Assembly: GCA_016839765.1 (NCBI GenBank)
Contig: JAEOTP010000069.1
Location: forward strand, 50,629-114,628
Source of the DNA: Promethearchaeota archaeon
GTDB lineage: Archaea; Asgardarchaeota; Lokiarchaeia; Sigyniarchaeales; SOKP01
Length of the DNA: 64,000 nt
Direction: 5' to 3'
Part shown: positions 49,666 through 57,995 of the stretch, one piece after another
How the letters are laid out: every line of letters begins with the position of its first letter
How positions within the stretch are numbered: position 1 is the stretch's first letter
Made by a program: the position numbers and the translations under genes
The notes under the pieces: model-generated
Database searches by the model: none
Seen by the model: the letters and a program-made list of their open reading frames with translations, nothing else
What the model was told of the DNA's origin: nothing

Positions 49666-50328
49666 TTAATTTTTTAAAATCGTACCACAATGAGGGCATA
49701 TTTTAGTCCCAGCTTTTACTCTTTCCCCACAGGCAAAACATTTACTTGAAATTGAATCTTTGGGCTTATTTCCTTCTCTTCGATGTTTGGAAACGCTTTT
49801 ATCTGTTTTATCTTCAGAAAGAATTCTTTTAACATAATCTCCATTATGAGGAGTTATTATTTCAAAATCTTCTGAAGGTTTAATTTCTTTAAATCCTTTT
49901 GGTAGGTTTTTGAATTTACTATCTTCAATCATATTAGGTTCTTTCTTAGGGAAATCAGATTCTTCCTCCCCCTCCTCTTCATTTGGGCTTACAATCCCAA
50001 ATTCAGGTGAATCGATTCCATTTTCAACACTATAATCTGAAGCTTCGCCTTCTTCTTGGAGATCAGTAAATTCTTCTAAAATTTCCATTTTTCTCTCTTT
50101 AGCTAATTTTAATTTTAAGCTTTTAATATGTTCAATAATTTGTTTTGTCTTTTCAATTAACATAGTCCTATATGAAAACTCTAAATTAGGTGTCTTTGAA
50201 GCTTTGATTACAATTTCTGAAATTTCAACCCACTCATCAATTGCTTCGTTAATCTTATTATTATTTTCAAATCCAGTTGCTTTCGCAACTCTATAACCAA
50301 GTTCTTTATTAAATTTACCGATATCCAT
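49666..50328 (-). CDS. MIT-like three-helix domain, acidic linker and C-terminal zinc ribbon
   Basis: A...E.......AI..W.........AK......R..L..K...I......LK pattern; CFAC...ICPHCG. Confidence 0.6.
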   Translation of the reverse strand: MDIGKFNKELGYRVAKATGFENNNKINEAIDEWVEISEIVIKASKTPNLEFSYRTMLIEKTKQIIEHIKSLKLKLAKERKMEILEEFTDLQEEGEASDYSVENGIDSPEFGIVSPNEEEGEEESDFPKKEPNMIEDSKFKNLPKGFKEIKPSEDFEIITPHNGDYVKRILSEDKTDKSVSKHRREGNKPKDSISSKCFACGERVKAGTKICPHCGTILKN

Positions 50329-50475
50329 GATAAAATCATATTAACTTTTTATAAATATTCAAATTTAACAAGTAAATCCAAGTATTTATAATTGTTAATA
50401 TTTAAAGTAAAGATTAAAATTATAGATTTTTATTAGTTTATTAAGAAAATCATTATGATTATTTTTATCTAGATA

Positions 50476-52368
50476 ATGTCGATACATCCCCTTTCTGAGA
50501 ATGAACTCGAAAACTTAAGAAAAGCCATAGAAGAAAATGGTTGGCAGATTCACGGATATATCCAGAATTATTTTAGATATAGTATCACAAAGGAAAAACT
50601 ATTAGTATTTACAATAAAATTTCCGGTCACTTTACCTGTAAGGATTAATATTCCATTTGAGGTAGTTAGTTTTCGAGTTTCTATAGCTTTTAAATTTTGG
50701 AATATAAATCAAAATATTAACAAGGCAATTTTTTATTTTATGAAAACTCTAAGAGATTTAGCCTTAAGAGTCTCAATAGAACATAATTTTCAAATTAAAG
50801 GAAAGGAAAATGATTTACTTGAGATGTTAAATCTTCTCATGCCGGAAATAATAAAAGATGAGAATGAGAAAACTTGGATAAACCGAATTCGAATTTCTTT
50901 AGCAAACAAAAGGGAAAAATTTAAAGAATTTGATTCTACTCGTCTTACAAACATAGTTAATAGAATAAAAAACATAGGATTAAATCCTACCTTCAATTTA
51001 CCCTGGGAATTAAGTAATGGGGTACCAAAACTTAGAGCTTCTGAAACTTTGTTTTTTTCAAATGATGAAAAATTTGATGAATTTTTTATTCTAGAGAAAG
51101 GTTTTTTTACATATTTTAAAGATTTGGAATATAATAAGTTTTATATTCGATCTTCTTTTGATTGCTACACCCCATATATTTTGAGTAATATTTTTGATGA
51201 CACAGGTTTTAAATTAGAGGAAATTATAGAAAATTGGATTAAATTTTCTAGAATGATTTTAAATTCCGTATTAAAGTTAATCTCCTCAGGAAATTTTCTT
51301 CAAAATGACTATATAAATTTTAAACCAGTAAGGGAATTAGATTCTAGGGGTTATGAATTAGATCAAAATAATTTTCCATTTTCTCCCCTTCATTATGAGA
51401 GCTCTATTTCAAAGGGAGAATTATATCCAATTCATAACGATCTTCTTAATTCTCCGCCTATAAATTTTGAAGTTATTGAATCTCTAAATACATATACAGA
51501 AGCAGAAGAATTAATAAAAAATTATCGATTTAATGAAGCAGCAGAATTATTAAACAATTCTTTAAAGATTTTTAATAAAAATCGGCAAAGGAAAATTATT
51601 GTTTCAATTCTACTTAAACTGGGAAAAATTGCTTCACTTTTAAATCAAAGTGATATTGCGCTCAACTATTTACAAAATGCTCTCGGTGTAGCTAAATCAG
51701 GAGAAGTACCTATAGAATATATTATTAAGATACATTATAAATTAGGGAAATCGTATTATAACAAACAAGATTTTGTTAATGCCATGAAACATTTCAATAT
51801 TATTATTAGTTTCTTAAAAAAAGAGGAACAACACTCAATAAATACAGATGATTTTTTGGGCATGGCTTTTCTTTATATAGGATTAATTAATCTAGAACAA
51901 AACCAACTAGCTCAGTCAAAAAATAATTTCAAACAAGCTTTTCAATTAGGTAATAGTTCTATCAAAGTTAAGCTGAATTATCATTTACTCCGAGCAAAAC
52001 AATATAAAACTACTGGTAAAGTATCTCAAGCGCAAAAATTATTAAGATCTGGGATAGAAGCTGTAGGACTAGATTTTAAAGATGAGAAATATGAATATTT
52101 ATTTTTTGATCTAGTTTTAGAATTAGCAGAATTTTATGTTCATCATCGTGTTGATTCACGAAAAGCACTGTTTTTATTAAAAAAAATTGAAAGTCGCCTA
52201 GCTCTCAACGTCAAAGAAATACCTGGAATTAAAAGAGCTATAAGATGGAATTTGTTAATGTGCGATTTTTATGACATTCTAGCCAGAGATAGTAATAACT
52301 CCACTCATTATTATAAACAAAGTCAGATTTTAATTAATCAACTTAGGAAAATTGGGGTACTAGATTAA
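50476..52368 (+). CDS. TPR-containing protein
   Basis: C-terminal half has TPR units (LG......DIAL.Y...AL; YKLG..YY......A...F). Confidence 0.7.
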   Translation: MSIHPLSENELENLRKAIEENGWQIHGYIQNYFRYSITKEKLLVFTIKFPVTLPVRINIPFEVVSFRVSIAFKFWNINQNINKAIFYFMKTLRDLALRVSIEHNFQIKGKENDLLEMLNLLMPEIIKDENEKTWINRIRISLANKREKFKEFDSTRLTNIVNRIKNIGLNPTFNLPWELSNGVPKLRASETLFFSNDEKFDEFFILEKGFFTYFKDLEYNKFYIRSSFDCYTPYILSNIFDDTGFKLEEIIENWIKFSRMILNSVLKLISSGNFLQNDYINFKPVRELDSRGYELDQNNFPFSPLHYESSISKGELYPIHNDLLNSPPINFEVIESLNTYTEAEELIKNYRFNEAAELLNNSLKIFNKNRQRKIIVSILLKLGKIASLLNQSDIALNYLQNALGVAKSGEVPIEYIIKIHYKLGKSYYNKQDFVNAMKHFNIIISFLKKEEQHSINTDDFLGMAFLYIGLINLEQNQLAQSKNNFKQAFQLGNSSIKVKLNYHLLRAKQYKTTGKVSQAQKLLRSGIEAVGLDFKDEKYEYLFFDLVLELAEFYVHHRVDSRKALFLLKKIESRLALNVKEIPGIKRAIRWNLLMCDFYDILARDSNNSTHYYKQSQILINQLRKIGVLD

Positions 52369-52382
52369 AATAATAAAAAAAG

Positions 52383-52589
52383 TTATTTGCGTGAAAAGGC
52401 AGCACGCTTAGCGCCAAGTGAATCAGTTTGACCACCATATTTACCCTCTTCAACCCTTTTGGCATATAAATTTCTGAAGCGGATTCTTGGAGGTTTTTTC
52501 TTTTTGGCATTAACTCCTGTCCGGTCTATTTTGGGAGTTTGTTGCTTTACTTTTCCAGCTTTTGTCAATGATCCGTGCGAACCAGGCAT
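52383..52589 (-). CDS. rps30e: 30S ribosomal protein S30e
   Basis: [17 protein letters not shown]. Confidence 0.95.
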   Translation of the reverse strand: MPGSHGSLTKAGKVKQQTPKIDRTGVNAKKKKPPRIRFRNLYAKRVEEGKYGGQTDSLGAKRAAFSRK

Positions 52590-52690
52590 ATTACATCAAC
52601 TCTATATTACAGTTATACAAATTTATTTATAGTATTAAAAAATAATCCAAACTCTTAAATTTTGTTATTATTCTAAATTAAAATCAATAT

Positions 52691-52711
52691 AAAAATTGGA
52701 CTCCAATTTTT
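52691..52711. promoter_or_regulatory. Perfect inverted repeat in a divergent promoter region (possible operator)
   Basis: AAAAATTGGA-C-TCCAATTTTT. Confidence 0.4.
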
Positions 52712-52780
52712 TTATAGTGTTTTAATTCAATCTTTTAAATATCAGTGAAATATTTAATTTATTATATTATATGAGTTAAA

Positions 52781-52951
52781 ATGACCGAAAAAGCACCTAA
52801 TAATACAAACTCTAAATCTAAAGATTTTATTGATCAAAAAATTCAGTATGGAGAATCACAAATTAGTTGTTTTGCTTGCGGGGAAAAAATTAAAGAGGGG
52901 ACTAAAATATGCCCTTATTGCAACACAAAACAAGAATCAATAACTTCTTAA
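52781..52951 (+). CDS. Small stand-alone zinc-ribbon protein (56 aa, not in the ORF track)
   Basis: MTEKAP...SCFACGEKIKEGTKICPYCNTK, nearly the same ribbon as the 49666-50328 C-terminus. Confidence 0.75.
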   Translation: MTEKAPNNTNSKSKDFIDQKIQYGESQISCFACGEKIKEGTKICPYCNTKQESITS

Positions 52952-53010
52952 TAGAAATGTTTTTTGGTAATCAAAACACTAAAAATCTATATTAATAATT
53001 TTTCCTTAAA

Positions 53011-53517
53011 ATGATTGAGATGAGTTACAGAAATTATAGTCGAAAAACAATTTCAATAATCTGTATTTTTATTTTTGCAATTATCGTAGCCATTTTTATA
53101 ATTGGAATCAATTTTTTTGATATCAGTCTAATTTTAACAACTACAATTCCTTTAATTATAATTTCAATAATTGTAATAATCGTCATTCGTTTTTCATGGG
53201 AATCCCAGAAATATTGTCCTCGATGCAATATACCAATTAGCGTTTATTCAGAATATTGCAGAAATTGTGGATTAAAGCTTATTATTATGTGCCCAGATTG
53301 TAATAAATACCTTCGAATCGGAACAAGCTTATGTGATAATTGTGGTCATAAGTTTGAATTTTTTGACGAGGTTAAAGAAAAACCTGAGTTTGAAATAGTA
53401 CAAAAAGGTTCCCCCGCACCTGAGCAGGCAAATTTCTGCCCCACTTGTGGTAGTAATCTAAAGAACACTGAAAACCTTAGATTCTGTGAATATTGCGGTT
53501 CAAGATTGAAAAAGTAA
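53011..53517 (+). CDS. Two-TM protein with double zinc ribbon plus terminal zinc ribbon
   Basis: CPRC..CRNC..CPDC..CDNC and CPTC..FCEYCG. Confidence 0.8.
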   Translation: MIEMSYRNYSRKTISIICIFIFAIIVAIFIIGINFFDISLILTTTIPLIIISIIVIIVIRFSWESQKYCPRCNIPISVYSEYCRNCGLKLIIMCPDCNKYLRIGTSLCDNCGHKFEFFDEVKEKPEFEIVQKGSPAPEQANFCPTCGSNLKNTENLRFCEYCGSRLKK

Positions 53518-53719
53518 GAAATCCGTTTTAAAATAGACAAAAAAAAGTAGTATGCTCAATTCTATTGAAATTAATACAATTATACTTATCATAGTAATAC
53601 AATTGCACCGATTCTTTGTACAAAATAGTTAAGAATTGAATAACCTCAAATTATATCATTAATTACGAAAAATATAAATTTAGTAATTCATCTAAATTAT
53701 ATATTTACACCCTCTTTAA

Positions 53720-53847
53720 GGGGACTTGGCGTAGCCCGGTAGCGCGACAGGCTCCAGATCCCGTTAGCAAAGCGCGCAGAAACCTGTAGATCGGGGGTTC
53801 AATAAGATGTTTGGATTCCAAATACGTTGAAAATCCCTCAGTCCCCA
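53720..53847 (+). tRNA. trnW: tRNA-Trp(CCA) with two introns (53758-53781 at 37/38; 53804-53833 at 59/60)
   Basis: Acceptor stem GGGGACT/AGTCCCC; D stem GCGT/GCGC; anticodon stem ACAGG/CCTGT with CT-CCA-G; T stem GGGGG/CCCTC; BHB-type junctions; T-tract downstream. Confidence 0.92.
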
Positions 53848-54000
53848 CTTTTTTTTACCCAAAAACCTCGAGGTGGAGTATTGATATTATGTCTATTAAA
53901 CCACTTAACAGTCTACTTGCTCATAAATTTATTACAATTATTCGGATCAAAATATTTGAAATTTTATTAGATAAAGAAGATTAGATTATTTTGATTTCAA

Positions 54001-54750
54001 ATGGTAAATATGCAACATGAACTATTACGAGAAGATTTAGATTTAGAGGAAGCTGAGGATCTACAAACAAAATACTATTCTATAATACAAAAACAAGAAA
54101 ATGCCCCATATAAATATCCCTCATTGAAAACTTTAAAAAGGGTTGTAGGTGTGGACATATCTTATTATGAATGGAAAGGTGAAGAGTTTGGTGTATCCTG
54201 TGCTGCTCTATGGGACATCTTCAACGAAAAGTTGGAATATTGTACACTTGTAAAGGATAAAATCAAATTTCCGTATCATGCGGGCTTTTTAGGGTTTAGA
54301 GAATGCAATTTACTTGCTCAAGCTATTAAAAAACTTCCAAAAAATTACGATCTTATTATGTGTGATGGCCATGGAATAATCCATCCAAGAAGATTTGGCG
54401 AAGCAGTTCAATTAGGATTTGCTCTGGATACACCCACAATTGGTATAGCGAAAAAATCGTATATAGGGTATTGCGAATGGAGCTTATTAAAAAGGAAGAG
54501 GGGAGATAAAAAACCTGTCTTAGCTTATGAGCCAAATCTAAGAAAAAAATCTAAACAAGAAATGTTAGGCTATGCTATATGTTTAAATGATAATATGAAA
54601 CCAGTCTTCATAAGTGTGGGATACAGAACTACATTAGATTTAGCAATAAAAATTGCATTAAAAACGACATTAAAGCATAGACAACCTGAACCACTTTATT
54701 TGGCTGATCATCTGTCAAAAGAAAAAGTAAAAGAAATTCTTTCTTCTTAA
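54001..54750 (+). CDS. nfi: Endonuclease V
   Basis: VGVDISY; FPY.AGFLGFRE; DGHGIIHPRRFG.A; IGIAK; PEPL..AD. Confidence 0.92.
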   Translation: MVNMQHELLREDLDLEEAEDLQTKYYSIIQKQENAPYKYPSLKTLKRVVGVDISYYEWKGEEFGVSCAALWDIFNEKLEYCTLVKDKIKFPYHAGFLGFRECNLLAQAIKKLPKNYDLIMCDGHGIIHPRRFGEAVQLGFALDTPTIGIAKKSYIGYCEWSLLKRKRGDKKPVLAYEPNLRKKSKQEMLGYAICLNDNMKPVFISVGYRTTLDLAIKIALKTTLKHRQPEPLYLADHLSKEKVKEILSS

Positions 54751-54785
54751 TATATTACGCAGATTCATATCTATGAATTATAATT

Positions 54786-54811
54786 TTTCGTGAAAGGCTT
54801 GTTTCACGAAA
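54786..54811. terminator. Hairpin between convergent genes
   Basis: TTTCGTGAAA-GGCTTG-TTTCACGAAA. Confidence 0.5.
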
Positions 54812-54855
54812 TTCTGTTATTAAGCTTTAATTGAAAATAATCAAAGACGATAATT

Positions 54856-56142
54856 TTACATATTATCTGGTTTAAATTCTAGAAGTGAAGATCCACAATA
54901 CATACAGTAATTATTCTTGATATCGTTTTCATTATGACAATATGGGCATATTAAGTATCCGTGTTTCGGTTTAGCACGAATCTCTGGCTTTTTAGGTTCT
55001 TTAAATTTATGGGGTTCATATTTTCTATTTCTACTTAAGATTACATATAAAATTAATAAAACTCCAAGAAATATTGATAAAGCTCCAACAGCAACACTTA
55101 TTATGATAATAAAACTATTATCAGGCGGTATATATGGTGGGGGTGCATTAATTGAAAAGTATTGAATTTCTGATGCATATATTGTTCCAAGTGAATCATT
55201 TCCAAACACTTGAATATTGTGAACACCATTTGTCGGTAAAGGAAGTGTAGTATTCCCCACTATCGTCTTAGTGGTTAATCCATCTAAGGAATACCCCATC
55301 CAATCTAATGGCGTTCTGTTTACAAAACTCAGCAATAAACCTTCATTGAGATTATCTCCAATATTATAATTAGGATCCCATGAATAACCTACTGCATCTA
55401 TATAGTTGAATACGTTATCAGACCACGTTCTCATATCAAATTTAGTAATTGAAGTTGTGGTTGTACTTCTAAATCCATACCCACTTCCACCATCTACGCT
55501 ATTTTCATCGATCCAAAGATGCCAATCATCAGCACAGTCGAATTGTATCCTCACGTGATACCATGTGTATCCATTATACGACCCTACTGTTGTTGGAGCA
55601 GCTCCATTATAAACAACAAGGTTGCCATCTTCCCAATAAATAACAATTGTATCTTGGGGATTTTGGTCATGTATTTGAATCATTAAATAATCTCCTGAAT
55701 TATGTGGATAGTCTAAATAAATATAACACTCAATTATTCCGGTAGTTTGACTTGAAAATGTGTTAGATACTATTGTAGCTCCTCCACCTCCTCCTGCGTC
55801 TTTTAATTCAACTACCTTGTTATGCCCATCCATTTCTTCAACTACCTGGACAAATCCGGTGTAAGACGTAAAGAAAGACCACTCCTCTGGTATAATCCAA
55901 ATTTCATCATTTTCAAATCCGTAAGTAGCAGGATAATATCCGCTCATTGGCTCTGTATATGTTTTACTTTCTGGAGTAATAATTGAAATTTCATTATCAC
56001 TTGTTTGAAATGAATTATCTCCTTTACAATTAAGTTCAAAATTCTTGTTGAAACTGATGTTATTATTAATAAAACTACAACTAAAGGTAAAAACTACAAC
56101 AAGAAAGAATATAATAATTATAATATTCTTTTTTCCATTCAT
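54856..56142 (-). CDS. Single-module cell-surface protein (Ig-like frame with lectin/LamG-like insert, TM, cytoplasmic zinc ribbon)
   Basis: Signal-like N-terminus; PMSGYYPATYGFEND...DAVGYSWDPNY module; TM; CPYC...YCMYCG. Confidence 0.8.
   Translation of the reverse strand: MNGKKNIIIIIFFLVVVFTFSCSFINNNISFNKNFELNCKGDNSFQTSDNEISIITPESKTYTEPMSGYYPATYGFENDEIWIIPEEWSFFTSYTGFVQVVEEMDGHNKVVELKDAGGGGGATIVSNTFSSQTTGIIECYIYLDYPHNSGDYLMIQIHDQNPQDTIVIYWEDGNLVVYNGAAPTTVGSYNGYTWYHVRIQFDCADDWHLWIDENSVDGGSGYGFRSTTTTSITKFDMRTWSDNVFNYIDAVGYSWDPNYNIGDNLNEGLLLSFVNRTPLDWMGYSLDGLTTKTIVGNTTLPLPTNGVHNIQVFGNDSLGTIYASEIQYFSINAPPPYIPPDNSFIIIISVAVGALSIFLGVLLILYVILSRNRKYEPHKFKEPKKPEIRAKPKHGYLICPYCHNENDIKNNYCMYCGSSLLEFKPDNM
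55330..55975. repeat. Direct repeat of 59883-60528 (offset 4553, no indels)
   Basis: Manual comparison of 55381-55860 with 59934-60413 gave about 36 mismatches in 480 nt (about 92% identity). Confidence 0.9.
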
Positions 56143-56258
56143 GTTATTTATGGTTTTGAATTTCTGTTTTGAACGATTGTCTTAATATAAAATGAATAGG
56201 TAAATATATAAAGATTTTTCTAAGAATGTGAATTATTCAAAATATAAAAGAAAAAAAA

Positions 56259-57227
56259 TTATGTTGTAGGTTGAGCCCTTGTTATTATTTGAAGTGTTAA
56301 AAATGTTAATACTTCATTAAAATTTGACCTATTTATTTTGGGCATTTTGAAATAATGGGCTCCAATTGATTCTGCTAAAGATTGTCCTTCTTTCCATGAT
56401 ACTAATTTTGATTCTCCTGTTTCAATTAGAATTCTTGGCATCTCAACGGTAATTTTTGACTTTTTCTTTAGTTTGAATTTTAAGTCTGTTGCTCCCTTCA
56501 ATTCAGAAAAATATAATTTAATCTTTTCAAAAGACGCTGGATTATTATTATCATATGCAAATATTGCCCCACAACTACCTTTATAATAATTAGGCCTGAT
56601 AGACCTAAACTTAATATCACCTGACATATTCCACAAGTGTAATTTGACTAAAGTATTTTCCAAGACATTTCTTTCTGTCAATAAAAATTCAACTCCAATA
56701 GTTTGAGGCGTATATAGTTGGGTTTTAAAAAGTGGTGTAATTAATTCGTTTTTAAAAGGCACATCGAAACCTAGTAATATTATTTTGAGGGTAAAATCGA
56801 ATTTAACTCCCCACTCTTCAAAATAGGTTAAAAATCTTTTATATCTCTGAATTTTTTTACGTAATTCATACAATTGACTTCTCGCTGTGCTTGAGAGTTT
56901 TAATCCTGTAGCCCGGCGAATAACAGCTTCAGCTTGTCCTTGGCTGATGGTTTTATCAAATCTTAGATATAAATCATAAGCAATTTTTGAGATAACCCAA
57001 TCTAAATTGAATTTATTTAATAGATGTTGAATGCCTTTCCTTAAATTTTTATTTATGTTAGGGAATTCATTTTCATTAATGGAAATATTACTATATATAT
57101 CGATCTTACCTTCTCTAAATAAATCTTCTATTGTGTAATTAATTTTTGAAAGAAAGTTCTCCAAATTTTCTAATTGAGACTCGTTTAATTGATCATTTTT
57201 ATTTTTACCAACTTGAGTCATTTTCAA
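56259..57227 (-). CDS. Degenerate Rab-like small GTPase with a ~140-aa N-terminal domain
   Basis: LKIILLG; TIGVEF; VKLHLWNMSG..KFRSIRPNYYKG..GAI..YD; SFE.I. The P-loop GK[ST] and NKxD are absent. Confidence 0.75.
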   Translation of the reverse strand: MKMTQVGKNKNDQLNESQLENLENFLSKINYTIEDLFREGKIDIYSNISINENEFPNINKNLRKGIQHLLNKFNLDWVISKIAYDLYLRFDKTISQGQAEAVIRRATGLKLSSTARSQLYELRKKIQRYKRFLTYFEEWGVKFDFTLKIILLGFDVPFKNELITPLFKTQLYTPQTIGVEFLLTERNVLENTLVKLHLWNMSGDIKFRSIRPNYYKGSCGAIFAYDNNNPASFEKIKLYFSELKGATDLKFKLKKKSKITVEMPRILIETGESKLVSWKEGQSLAESIGAHYFKMPKINRSNFNEVLTFLTLQIITRAQPTT

Positions 57228-57254
57228 TCACTTAAGATTATTTTATATATTTTT

Positions 57255-57337
57255 TGTCCACATTATTTTTATATGTCCAATTAAGATTACTATGTCCATG
57301 ATAAAGATGGACATTTTCCTATTTAAATCTTTGTCAA
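57255..57337. promoter_or_regulatory. Phased TGTCCA repeats plus palindrome upstream of the Rab-like gene
   Basis: TGTCCA at 57255, 57274 and 57293 (19-bp period); ATGTCCAT-N7-ATGGACAT at 57292-57314; TGTCAA at 57332. Confidence 0.6.
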
Positions 57338-57399
57338 AAAATTTAAAAAATTATAAATTTAAAGAAAAAAAAATTTGATTTTTGAATTAGAATATAATA

Positions 57400-57858
57400 T
57401 TATTTTAAGAGGAATTGAATCTTAGTTTGTAGTTTATTCGGTGGAGTTTTATCTGGGTCATTTAAATAGAATTCATAGGCAATTCCAGAGGGTTTGTACC
57501 CATTATCGTCAACCCATTTAGTAAGTGTGTTATAAGCTGGTTCTATTTCGTTATAAGGACCTGTATGGATACAACTAGCATATTTTCCAGCTGGAATCTC
57601 CCTTGGTTTAATATCACCCTTTTCAGGAAGTTTGGTAGCAACTGGAAATCCAATTTCTACCTCTAAATTCTGCATATCCATATTAAAATAGGCAGTATAA
57701 GGAGCTCCAACTGGATTTTCTCCTAATTCTCCCATATACTGCATAATTCTCATATATGCTTCTCCCAATGCTTGGGGTAAACTTTGAGCTGAAGCTATTT
57801 TACGGATAGATAAAGCATGCTGGACTTTTTTCTCTTCTACTTCACAATTATGCGACAT
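57400..57858 (-). CDS. GyrI-like small-molecule-binding protein
   Basis: EIGFPV; PAGKYA...HTGPY; YEFYLNDP; LQTKI. Confidence 0.88.
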   Translation of the reverse strand: MSHNCEVEEKKVQHALSIRKIASAQSLPQALGEAYMRIMQYMGELGENPVGAPYTAYFNMDMQNLEVEIGFPVATKLPEKGDIKPREIPAGKYASCIHTGPYNEIEPAYNTLTKWVDDNGYKPSGIAYEFYLNDPDKTPPNKLQTKIQFLLK

Positions 57859-57995
57859 AAAAATTTCGGCCTAAGTTTTTTCTTTAAAATATATATTAGT
57901 TGCTTCAGTTGGTTATTGAAGCTATAATTTTTTAATATAATTTCCAATTATAATTATAATACAGAATAAAATTAGTAATTTGATAATTAAATAAA

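Noticed and set aside
53758-53781. C/D box guide RNA in the tRNA-Trp intron
   Set aside because: Only 24 nt long, with no RUGAUGA or CUGA boxes.
57255-57337. Mini-CRISPR array
   Set aside because: The repeats are only 6-8 nt with 13-nt gaps, and there are no cas genes.
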